Source: Thermoplasmata archaeon (lineage in GTDB: Archaea; Thermoplasmatota; Thermoplasmata; Lutacidiplasmatales; UBA184). Taken from it: a DNA stretch of 64,000 bases. The notes beneath the pieces were generated by a model that saw only the letters and a program-made list of their open reading frames with translations, was not told the origin of the DNA and did not search any database. The position numbers and the translations under genes are program-made. Below are positions 1 to 7,206 of this stretch, piece after piece. The stretch spans positions 40,794-104,793 of the forward strand of contig JAKAWX010000001.1 of assembly GCA_021816865.1 (NCBI GenBank). The letters are read 5' to 3'. The first letter of the stretch is position 1, and every line of letters starts with the position of its first letter.

Positions 1-241
1 CGTTCCGAAGGCGCTCCAGTTCATCCCAGGGTAGCAGCGGGTTCGCGGTTCGGAACGGTCGCCCCAACTTGGTGGCGGTCTCCGTGAAGTGCAGAATCCG
101 AAGCTCCACCGCATCTCGGATCTCGGGCGTCCGGATGTCGAAGAAGACCGCTTTTCCCCGGCTGGCGTACCGCGCGGCCGCCGTCGCCTCCCGGAGCATT
201 CGATCGACCAGGGCCCTGGCCCGTGCTTCGGCCTCCTTCAT
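1..241 (-). CDS. HepT/DUF86-family toxin, N-terminal part (gene runs off the window edge)
   Basis: Not in the ORF track because it is truncated by the window. Manual reverse translation from the ATG at 241 gives MKEAEARARALVDRMLREATAAARYASRGKAVFFDIRTPEIRDAVELRILHFTETATKLGRPFRTANPLLPWDELERLRN. The window ends where the HepT R-x4-H-x-Y motif normally starts. ATGA start/stop overlap with the upstream MNT gene (stop 238-240). Confidence 0.6.
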   Translation of the reverse strand, partial: MKEAEARARALVDRMLREATAAARYASRGKAVFFDIRTPEIRDAVELRILHFTETATKLGRPFRTANPLLPWDELERLRN

Positions 242-675
242 AACGGGACGGCCTCGGTGAGGACCTGGGGCCGGATCGACCACGGAAGGGCGGCCTCCTC
301 CACCACGTCGACCGAACGTCCGAGGAGCCGGCTCAATTCGACTTCGAGTCGGGCAACGTCGAGTACGGATGCCCCCGGAAGGTCGTCTACGAGGAGGTCG
401 ATATCACTCCGCCGGGTGGCCGTCCGCCGTCGCACCGAGCCGAACAGTCGGACACGTTTCGCCCCGTACTTCCGAGCCAAGGCGAGCACTGCCCCTCGAT
501 GGGGCCCCAGGATTTCGTCCGGCCCGAGCCGACCTTCGGACCGAACCTCTCGAATCGTGGGTCGGTCCCACAGTCTGGACTTGCATCGTGGGCACATACG
601 AACCGGGACACGCCGTGGCGTCCAAGTATACACGCACCGATGGCAATGTAGCTCGGGCAAGGTCGCGACGGCCAT
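238..675 (-). CDS. MNT-type nucleotidyltransferase (antitoxin of HepT/MNT pair) with N-terminal CxxC..CxxC zinc ribbon
   Basis: ORF track, 145 aa. NTase-fold signature LFGSVRRRTATRRSDIDLLVD (G-S...D-x-D). N-terminal HCHRC...CPRC ribbon. Directly upstream of and overlapping a DUF86-like gene. Confidence 0.8.
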   Translation of the reverse strand: MAVATLPELHCHRCVYTWTPRRVPVRMCPRCKSRLWDRPTIREVRSEGRLGPDEILGPHRGAVLALARKYGAKRVRLFGSVRRRTATRRSDIDLLVDDLPGASVLDVARLEVELSRLLGRSVDVVEEAALPWSIRPQVLTEAVPL

Positions 676-1557
676 GGTGGCCTACCGTAGGTGGTTCAAC
701 GGATATCAGGGTTACTCATGAGGAAGGTTGTACGGGGTAATCTCCTCGGACTTAGGGGCAGATCTGCCGCCTTGCAACTGGCGCGCGCACGGCCGTGAAG
801 TGCCTCCGAGACCGAAGATGACTCTCTTCCTCCGTGTGGCGGTACGGCCGGAAGTGTTGCTCGCGAGGTCGCCGTTGGGAGATCCTCCACCGAACGCGTT
901 CGGTGGCTTCCTCGGTGGGAGTGGAGCTATTCCGGAACGGAGGGGGACCCTATCAGGGGCTCGCCAACCCCCCGACAAGTTCGGGGGGGGCGGCCCTCGC
1001 CGTCATTGTCGAGAGCGTCGCCGCCCCGCCCGATCGCCGCTTCGACCTAGGAGGCGCCTCCAGACTCCAGCCGGCGGGACCAAGGAGCGCTCGTGCGGCG
1101 GGGAGCGACCCCTGGGGTGCTCGTCCACGAGGCGGCTACGCCGGCCGGCTGGTCGGCGGGTGCCGGCTCGGAACCGGCCCCGAACTTCCCCGCGTCGACG
1201 CCGGCCCGAGGTATCGACCGCTCGGGCTTCCGCCGACCCACGGGCCGCTCGGGAGGATCCCCGCCTTCTTGGTCGATCGGGTTCGAGGTTGGGAACGCCC
1301 GCCCGGGTACGCACTGCACGCCGTGCTCGAGGCGAGGGGACGGGCCAGTGGGGGATCGTCGAGGCCGGCCCGCTCGCAAACCTCCGCGCGGAGGCGATCG
1401 GGTCCGGGACGATCTCGAGGTTCGGACGAAAGAGGTTCCCCGCCGTCGCACCGCTCGGGCCCGGCCCGCGACGGATGCGGCGCCCGCTCGTCGACCGCTC
1501 GCACGGTCCCATCCCGACGGGCTCGCACGGCGTCCGAGCGGACTCCCGCTCTCTAGC

Positions 1558-1983
1558 CTACGGGTCGGAGGGGACCCGGGCCGCGGTCTCGACGAGCTCC
1601 TTCGCGGCCCGCGTGAACCGCATCGCCTTCGCGAGGTTCCCCTTGATGCGGAACGTTCCATCGAGGATCGCCTTCACGGGGTCGACCTCCCGGCGCATGA
1701 GGCGCGCCCAGTTCTCCGGCGAACCCTCATAGACGAACTCGCTCGCGACCTCGCGCGCGTCGGGATGGTAGGCCGCCGCCGAGCATTCTCCGTGGGCGAG
1801 CGTGAGATGGACCCCCGGTGCCGGTGCGTTCGCGTCGTCCGGTCGGACGAGGAGCAAGATGTCGCCGACCCACGCCTTCGCCGCCTCGCGGTAGGCCGGG
1901 CTCTCGTTCAGCGCGTGCCGGTACGCCTCCGCCCATTCGGCCGACGGGAACTGCATCGGGTGCCCGACCGCGTCCTCCGCCAA
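1558..1983 (-). CDS. SCP2 sterol-carrier-like domain protein
   Basis: ORF track, 141 aa. C-terminal DPVKAILDGTFRIKGNLAKAMRF is typical of SCP2 domains. Lies beside beta-oxidation-type genes. Confidence 0.7.
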   Translation of the reverse strand: MAEDAVGHPMQFPSAEWAEAYRHALNESPAYREAAKAWVGDILLLVRPDDANAPAPGVHLTLAHGECSAAAYHPDAREVASEFVYEGSPENWARLMRREVDPVKAILDGTFRIKGNLAKAMRFTRAAKELVETAARVPSDP

Positions 1984-2040
1984 AAGGCTAACCGGCCCGG
2001 GCCCGGGACGACCGCCGGGGGTCGGCCGAGGGCTCGCGCG

Positions 2041-3006
2041 TCAGGTCGGGTACTCGTAGAACCCGCGGCCGGTCTTCCGGCCGAGGTGCCCGGCGTCGAC
2101 CAGCCGACGGAGGAGGGGCGAGGGACGGTACTTCGGGTCGCCGAACCCCCGGAAGAGCGTCTCGGCGACCTCGAGGGAGACGTCGAGCCCGATCATGTCG
2201 GCGAGCTCGAACGGGCCCATCGGCATCCCCGCGCCGGTCTTCATCGCGAGATCGATGTCCCGGGACGAAGCCAGGTTCTCGTCGAGCGCGAAGCACGCCT
2301 CGTTGAGGACGGGGATGAGCAGCCGGTTGACGACGAACGCCGGGGCTTCGCGGACCCGGATCGGTACGAGCGGGTAGCGGTGGTTGCGCAGGCCCTGGAG
2401 GAAATCGATGGTGTCCGTGACCACGTCCTCGCGCGTATCGACGCCGCCCGCCACCTCGACGAGCGGGAGAGTGTAGGGAGGGTTGAAGAAGTGCGTTACG
2501 AGGGTCTCACGGACGTGCTTCAAGCCGCGCGCGAGCCGGGTGATCGAGAGCGACGAGGTGTTCGACCCCACGACCGCGTGGTCCGGCAGGACCCGGTCGA
2601 GCGCCTCGAGGACGGGCCGCTTCACCTCGTCGCGCTCGAAGACCGCCTCGACCACGAGGTCGACGTCCGCGAACGACGCGTAGTCGGTCGTGCCGTGGAC
2701 GCGCGCAACGACCTCGTCGCCGCGCTCGCGCGTGACCTTCGGGGCGAGGCGCGCCCGCGCCTTCGCGCGTTGCTCCTCGGAGAGCTCGCCGACGATCTCG
2801 CGGATCCGGGCGAGCTCATGGTCGGCGCGCCCCTCGTGGAAGGCGACGAGCTCGTCGACGATCCCCTTCACCCTGGCGAGGCCCTTCTCGACGAGCGGGC
2901 CGTCCACGTCCTTCAGCACGACCTCGATCCCGTTGAACGCGAGCACCTCGGCGATCGCGGCCCCCATCGTCCCCGCACCGACCACTCCGGCCTTCGCGAC
3001 CCGCAT
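2041..3006 (-). CDS. 3-hydroxyacyl-CoA (3-hydroxybutyryl-CoA) dehydrogenase
   Basis: C-terminal 321 codons of the 501-aa ORF 2041..3546. Start re-set to the ATG at 3006 ([21 protein letters not shown], a Rossmann GxGxxG motif). The upstream 180 codons are Arg/Pro-rich and overlap the tRNA and DUF35 gene. Confidence 0.9.
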   Translation of the reverse strand: MRVAKAGVVGAGTMGAAIAEVLAFNGIEVVLKDVDGPLVEKGLARVKGIVDELVAFHEGRADHELARIREIVGELSEEQRAKARARLAPKVTRERGDEVVARVHGTTDYASFADVDLVVEAVFERDEVKRPVLEALDRVLPDHAVVGSNTSSLSITRLARGLKHVRETLVTHFFNPPYTLPLVEVAGGVDTREDVVTDTIDFLQGLRNHRYPLVPIRVREAPAFVVNRLLIPVLNEACFALDENLASSRDIDLAMKTGAGMPMGPFELADMIGLDVSLEVAETLFRGFGDPKYRPSPLLRRLVDAGHLGRKTGRGFYEYPT

Positions 3007-3085
3007 CGGCGTCCTCGGCCGCCGAGCACGGGCCGGATAATAACCTCGGAGGCTGCGCCTCCGCGACGGGCGCGACCGGTTCCGG

Positions 3086-3098
3086 ATAAGCTTTAAGG
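3086..3098 (+). promoter_or_regulatory. Putative TATA box for tRNA-Ser(GCU)
   Basis: ATAAGCTTTAAGG is the only A/T-rich patch in the area and is centred about 30 nt upstream of tRNA position 1 (3124). Confidence 0.35.
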
Positions 3099-3123
3099 CG
3101 TGGCCCGGGCTCGGTCGCCCTGC

Positions 3124-3238
3124 GCGGGGATGGCCCAGCCCGGTAAGGCGCTGGATTGCTAATCCAGTGGTGGTTTCACCTCGGGGGTTCAAAGGAGGCG
3201 CCGGGAGTTCCGGTCCTCGGAGATTCCCCCTCCCCGCG
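3124..3238 (+). tRNA. tRNA-Ser (anticodon GCU) interrupted by a ~31-nt insertion in the T-loop
   Basis: Hand fold. Acceptor GCGGGGA/TCCCCGC (7/7 bp). D-arm GCC-CAGCCCGGTAA-GGC. Anticodon arm CTGGA-TTGCTAA-TCCAG. Long variable arm GGTG-GTTT-CACC. T-stem GGGGG (3183-3187) pairs with CCCCC (3226-3230) only if about 3194-3224 is removed, which leaves the T-loop TTCAAAT. Discriminator G; no encoded CCA. Confidence 0.8.
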
Positions 3239-3571
3239 TTCGGGTCCGGGCGCATCTTCCGCTCGGGCGCGGTAGATATCGCCCTCGCGCCGCACCCGGA
3301 CGGCCGACCCGACGGCGGGGAGCTCGCCGTCCACGATCGCGAGGAGCCGGACCTCCTCCGCGACCTCGACGAGCGCGAGCCGGTGCGGGCTCTCCCAGCC
3401 GGCCGCCGGATGGACGAGCTCCGTGGAGGCGAGCACCGTGCCGCCGGCGGCCACCGCGTACGGCTCCCGCTCGGTCGACCCGCACCTTGGGCACGGCGCG
3501 TCGGAGGGGAGGAAACGGGCCTGACAGGACGCGCAGCGGGAGACATCGAGGGTCTCCGGCTCCGCCGTCAC
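3176..3571 (-). CDS. DUF35 family Zn-ribbon/OB-fold protein (thiolase partner)
   Basis: C-terminal 131 codons of ORF 3176..3814. GTG start at 3571 overlaps the thiolase stop (GTGA). CASCQARF...CPRCGS rubredoxin-like ribbon followed by an OB-like region ([16 protein letters not shown]). The 3' end overlaps the tRNA-Ser gene antisense. Confidence 0.8.
   Translation of the reverse strand: MTAEPETLDVSRCASCQARFLPSDAPCPRCGSTEREPYAVAAGGTVLASTELVHPAAGWESPHRLALVEVAEEVRLLAIVDGELPAVGSAVRVRREGDIYRARAEDAPGPERGEGESPRTGTPGASFEPPR
3194..3224 (+). other. Non-canonical tRNA intron (T-loop position); exact boundaries +/-1-2 nt
   Basis: GGAGGCGCCGGGAGTTCCGGTCCTCGGAGAT lies between TTCAAA and T-CCCCC. It contains an internal CCGG-GAGTT-CCGG hairpin flanked by GAGG/CCTC pairing. 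Confidence 0.65.
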
Positions 3572-4701
3572 GCGCCCTCCCGGCCGAGGATCGTCACGAA
3601 ATTGTGGGAGGCGAGCCCGCTCATCGCGTGCGCGAGACCGATCTTGGGGGCGCGGGCGACCGCGTGGCGACCGGCCTCTCCGCGGAGCTGGAGAGCGACC
3701 TCCCCGACCTCGGCGAGGCCCGACGCGGCGACCGGATGGCCGCGCCCGACGACGCCGCCGCTCGGGTTCACCGGCACGCGTCCGTCGCGTCGGACCCACC
3801 CTCGCTCGAACCACTCGGCCGCCTCGCCGGGGCCGCAGATCCCGAGGTCCTCGATGTGGAAGAGCGCGAACGGGGAGAAGGCGTCGTGCACTTCCACGAG
3901 GTCGATCTGCTTGCGGGTGAGCCGCGCCGATTCGTACGCCCGCTGGGCGGCGACCCGGGTCGCCGCGAAGGAGGTGAGGTCGGCCCGGTCGACGATCCGC
4001 AGGGCCTCGAACCCTTGGCCCAGCCCGAGCACGGTGGCGGGTCCCTGGCCGCGCTCGAGCACCAGGGCGGTCGCCCCGTCCGAGATCGGCGAGCAGTGCA
4101 GGAGGCGGAGCGGGAGCGCGACCGGCCGGCTCGTCGCCACCTCGGAGGCGCTGACGGCCTTCTGGAACTGGGCGTTCGGGTTGTCGACGGCCATCGCCCG
4201 GGCGTGGACCGACGCGAGGTCGCAGACGTCCGTCGTCCGGCGGTAGCGCTCGAGGTAGCGCTGGGTGATCAGCGCCGCGAGCGCCGGCATCGTCGCCCCG
4301 ACCGCCACTTCGCTCGCGTGCAGCGAGGCGGCGAGCTCCTTCGTGATGATCGCGGTCGAGCGGTCGGTCATCTTCTCGGCCCCCACCACGAGGGCCCGCT
4401 CGAAGCGGCCCGACTCGAGGGCGAGCACCGCCGCGTGGAACGCCATGCCGCCGGTCCCGCTCGCGGAGTCGACCCGGAACCCCGACGCCGACTCGAGGCT
4501 GAGGTGGCTCGCGAGGCGCGGCAGGAACGCTTCCGCCCCGTAGGGGCCGTGCGCGAGCATCGTTCCCCCGACGAGAAGGTCGACCGGTTTGCGGCCGATC
4601 CCCTCGAGCGCTCTCCGCGCGGCTTCCGCCGCGAGGTCGAAGAGGCCCTCCGGGCGCTTGCCGTACCGGCCCATCCCCACGGACGCGACGTGGACGCTCA
4701 C
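3568..4701 (-). CDS. Thiolase-like acetyl-CoA C-acyltransferase (archaeal type)
   Basis: ORF track, 377 aa, GTG start. Thiolase-like motifs include VDSASGTGGMAF, CSPISDGATALVL and NPSGG. Followed by a DUF35 gene, the usual archaeal pairing. Confidence 0.9.
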   Translation of the reverse strand: MSVHVASVGMGRYGKRPEGLFDLAAEAARRALEGIGRKPVDLLVGGTMLAHGPYGAEAFLPRLASHLSLESASGFRVDSASGTGGMAFHAAVLALESGRFERALVVGAEKMTDRSTAIITKELAASLHASEVAVGATMPALAALITQRYLERYRRTTDVCDLASVHARAMAVDNPNAQFQKAVSASEVATSRPVALPLRLLHCSPISDGATALVLERGQGPATVLGLGQGFEALRIVDRADLTSFAATRVAAQRAYESARLTRKQIDLVEVHDAFSPFALFHIEDLGICGPGEAAEWFERGWVRRDGRVPVNPSGGVVGRGHPVAASGLAEVGEVALQLRGEAGRHAVARAPKIGLAHAMSGLASHNFVTILGREGA

Positions 4702-5252
4702 GCGCTCGCGCCCTCCGGCCGCTCGAGCAGGAACCGGGTCCGCGCGAGGAACTTCGAGAGCGGAACCCCTTCCTCCCAGCGGAGGATGCCGTTCCCCTCC
4801 CGGGTCGCCCCGACGGCCGGCAGGCGTCGGCAGACGAGCCCGAGCACGCCCGACGACGATCCCGAGTTCGCGACGTAGAAGCGCCAGGCCTCCTCGCCGC
4901 GCAGGCCGAGCCGTCGGTACGCGTAGAGGACCGTGAGACCGGCGCGTCCGACCGCCTTGCGGTGGGCCTCGAGCTGCAGGTTCGCGCGCCCGCTCGCGGC
5001 CGTGAACCGGATCACCGGCTCGGCCGAGGCCTTGACCTCGATCGGGAACGCGAGCTCCCGCCGGAGCGCGACCAGGTCGAGGCCCAGCGAGCCAGCCCCT
5101 CGGATCACGAGGAACGGCTCGTCGATGACCCGCTCGAACTCGGACCGTTCGGGGGGTGGCAGGGCGCGGGCGTAGGAACGGACGGCGGTGGGCTGGCCCT
5201 CGAGCAGGTAGCGGAGCTCGCGCTCATACCCGGAGAAGCTGTGGCCGACCAC
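4698..5252 (-). CDS. hjc: Hjc-type Holliday-junction resolvase-like PD-(D/E)xK nuclease with C-terminal extension
   Basis: ORF 4698..5327. Hjc motifs: SGYERELRYLLEG, VIRGAGS, DLVALRR, IEVKAS. I prefer the GTG at 5252. The 5327 start would translate the A/T-rich TATA patch (rare TTA TAT TAT codons) and overlap the divergent gene start. About 60 residues longer at the C-terminus than classic Hjc. Confidence 0.65.
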   Translation of the reverse strand: MVGHSFSGYERELRYLLEGQPTAVRSYARALPPPERSEFERVIDEPFLVIRGAGSLGLDLVALRRELAFPIEVKASAEPVIRFTAASGRANLQLEAHRKAVGRAGLTVLYAYRRLGLRGEEAWRFYVANSGSSSGVLGLVCRRLPAVGATREGNGILRWEEGVPLSKFLARTRFLLERPEGASA

Positions 5253-5282
5253 GGGTCTATCGCGCCCGGCACGCCGAAACGC

Positions 5283-5291
5283 ATAATATAA
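5283..5291. promoter_or_regulatory. Shared A/T-rich TATA element for divergent genes
   Basis: ATAATATAA is the only A/T-rich patch between the two genes. It lies about 31 nt from the GTG at 5318 (+) and about 35 nt from the GTG at 5252 (-). Confidence 0.45.
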
Positions 5292-5317
5292 GGCGGTCGG
5301 CGGACTCGCGAGGTTCC

Positions 5318-6772
5318 GTGGCAGCACCGGCGACCCTCGAGATCGCGCCGTCGGAGGTCCCGGTGGCCCGGACGCTCGCCGTCCTCGTCACCGACTCCGA
5401 CCGCCGACGGACGGTCCGGGGGCTCGCGACCCAGGTCGCTCGCTTCCGTCTCTCGGAGCTGCGGGGCCGGCTCCTCAAGGACCGGGTCTTCGAGGACCCG
5501 GGACGCTTGATCTCGCGGCTCAAGCGGCGGGGCCTGCTCCTCGAGATCCCGACCGGGGGCGGCGAGAAGACCTACCAGGTCCCGTACCCCGACGACCTCC
5601 GCCAGCTTCTCCTCGAGGAGACGTCCCGACCGGAAGGCCTCGAGCCGGGCCCGCTCCTTCCGATCCCCGACGAGCGCGCGGAGATCCGGTCGATGGACGG
5701 GGAGTTCCTCGACCACCTGCGCGACGTCCTGCACGATCGCCTCGAGGAGACGCTCGAGTTCGGACGGACGTTCGACGTCGAGACGCTCGCCGGCTACCTG
5801 CGCGGCCTCTTCGGCGAGGAGCTCTACTTCGACTCGCTGATCTCGCTGCTCCAGCAGTACGCCCTCGCCGACGCGCCTTTGGTCGCCCCGACGGGCCGCA
5901 CGACCGGAGCGACCGGCTTCCACCTCGCGCTCTTCGGGCCGCCGGGGACCGGCAAGACGTTCTCGATCGACGACCTCGTCCGGGGGAACCCGCGCAGCGG
6001 AGTCCCGCCGCACGGGCTCCCGGGCCGGAACCGCTACTGCGGCGGGATCACGCCTGTACAGTTCCTGCGTGTCGGGAGCGCGTACACGGGCCGGACGTTC
6101 AACTTCATCGTTCCGGAGTTCAATGACTGGTTCAAGTACCGCGGGATGGTCGAGCCGCTCAAGCTCGTGATGGAGCAGCGCGAGGTGAAGTGGGAGACGA
6201 CCCTCGGCACGGTCGGCCCCTACACGTTCCGCTCGTTCTTCTCGGTGAACTACAACGTGAGGACCGCCGGCGCCCAGGACTACTGGACGACGATCGGCGA
6301 CCCGAACTTCGCCGCGCTCGAGGACCGGATGTTGCTGCGCTTCCATCCGATGACCCGCGCCCGGTTCCGGGCCGTCGAGTCGAGCGCGGAACGCCTCGAG
6401 CTCGGCGAGATCGACTTCTCCCTCGCCGAGCGGATCCGGGACCACCTCACGCTCGTCCACGCGGTCGAGACCGGCCACCCGCTCGTCGCCGCGCGGTTCC
6501 GCGCGCGTCCCGTCCGCCTCGAGCGCACGCTTTACGAGCGCCTGCGCGAGGTTTCGGAGCGGGCGCTCAAAGTGACGAACTTCCCGAAGTTCTCTCCGCG
6601 GCTCAAGCTGCGCGCCGTGCGCCTCGCCGCGGCGGCCGCCCTGCTCCGCACGTTCGCCGAGCCGGGGCCGGGCCCCCTCACGATCGGGCCGCTCGAGGTC
6701 GAGTTCGCGCGACGGTTCTACGAGGAGGAGATCCGTGCCCGAGAAGGCCGACACGGACGCGCCGCGGCCTAG
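5318..6772 (+). CDS. Orphan P-loop (AAA-like) ATPase with N-terminal wHTH-like region
   Basis: In-frame part of ORF 5156..6772; start set to the GTG at 5318, downstream of the TATA patch. Walker A LFGPPGTGKTF. Candidate Walker B FNFIVPEFND. No family name can be assigned by eye. Confidence 0.7.
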   Translation: MAAPATLEIAPSEVPVARTLAVLVTDSDRRRTVRGLATQVARFRLSELRGRLLKDRVFEDPGRLISRLKRRGLLLEIPTGGGEKTYQVPYPDDLRQLLLEETSRPEGLEPGPLLPIPDERAEIRSMDGEFLDHLRDVLHDRLEETLEFGRTFDVETLAGYLRGLFGEELYFDSLISLLQQYALADAPLVAPTGRTTGATGFHLALFGPPGTGKTFSIDDLVRGNPRSGVPPHGLPGRNRYCGGITPVQFLRVGSAYTGRTFNFIVPEFNDWFKYRGMVEPLKLVMEQREVKWETTLGTVGPYTFRSFFSVNYNVRTAGAQDYWTTIGDPNFAALEDRMLLRFHPMTRARFRAVESSAERLELGEIDFSLAERIRDHLTLVHAVETGHPLVAARFRARPVRLERTLYERLREVSERALKVTNFPKFSPRLKLRAVRLAAAAALLRTFAEPGPGPLTIGPLEVEFARRFYEEEIRAREGRHGRAAA

Positions 6773-7202
6773 GCGCGAGCGGACGGTGAAGTTCCGCCGG
6801 CCCGCGGCGGAGCTCGTCCAGCGCGCCGCCCGCCGCGTCGTCCGGGGCGGGAAAGCGACGTTCACCTCGCAGGCCGAGTTCCGGTCGGCGCTCTTGCGGT
6901 TGCTGCGCCGGGACGAGCCCCTCGCCGCGGTCGGAGGGGCCCGGCTCCGTCGCCTTTTGATCGGAGTCCCGGGCGTGCGCCTGACGGTCCGGTACACGGA
7001 ACGACCGGGCCGGGGGCCGCTCGAGCGGTGCCCCGTCTGCGCGTCGGCCCTTGCGCCGATCCGCAACCGAACGCTGACCGGGGAGACGATCGTCCTCGGC
7101 CAGCGATGCACGCGCTGCGACTACTGGAGCCACGCGGAGCGTCGGGTGCCGGTGCGCTACGTCTTCTCGAGCGCGGGGATCGACGGCGGTCCCTCGCGCT
7201 AG
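6735..7202 (+). CDS. Small basic protein with C-terminal CxxC..CxxC zinc ribbon
   Basis: ORF track, 155 aa, GTG start overlapping the ATPase 3' end by 38 nt. Ribbon CPVCASAL...CTRCDYW. Start uncertain. Confidence 0.5.
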   Translation: MPEKADTDAPRPRRERTVKFRRPAAELVQRAARRVVRGGKATFTSQAEFRSALLRLLRRDEPLAAVGGARLRRLLIGVPGVRLTVRYTERPGRGPLERCPVCASALAPIRNRTLTGETIVLGQRCTRCDYWSHAERRVPVRYVFSSAGIDGGPSR

Positions 7203-7206
7203 GCGC

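Noticed and set aside
3124-3193. The tRNA-Ser appeared 3'-truncated after the T-loop, suggesting an integration (att) scar.
   Set aside because: The matching T-stem and acceptor 3' strands are present 31 nt downstream (3225-3238), and the same arrangement recurs in the second tRNA-Ser. No integrase or direct repeat of the tRNA 3' end was seen nearby, so an intron is the better explanation.
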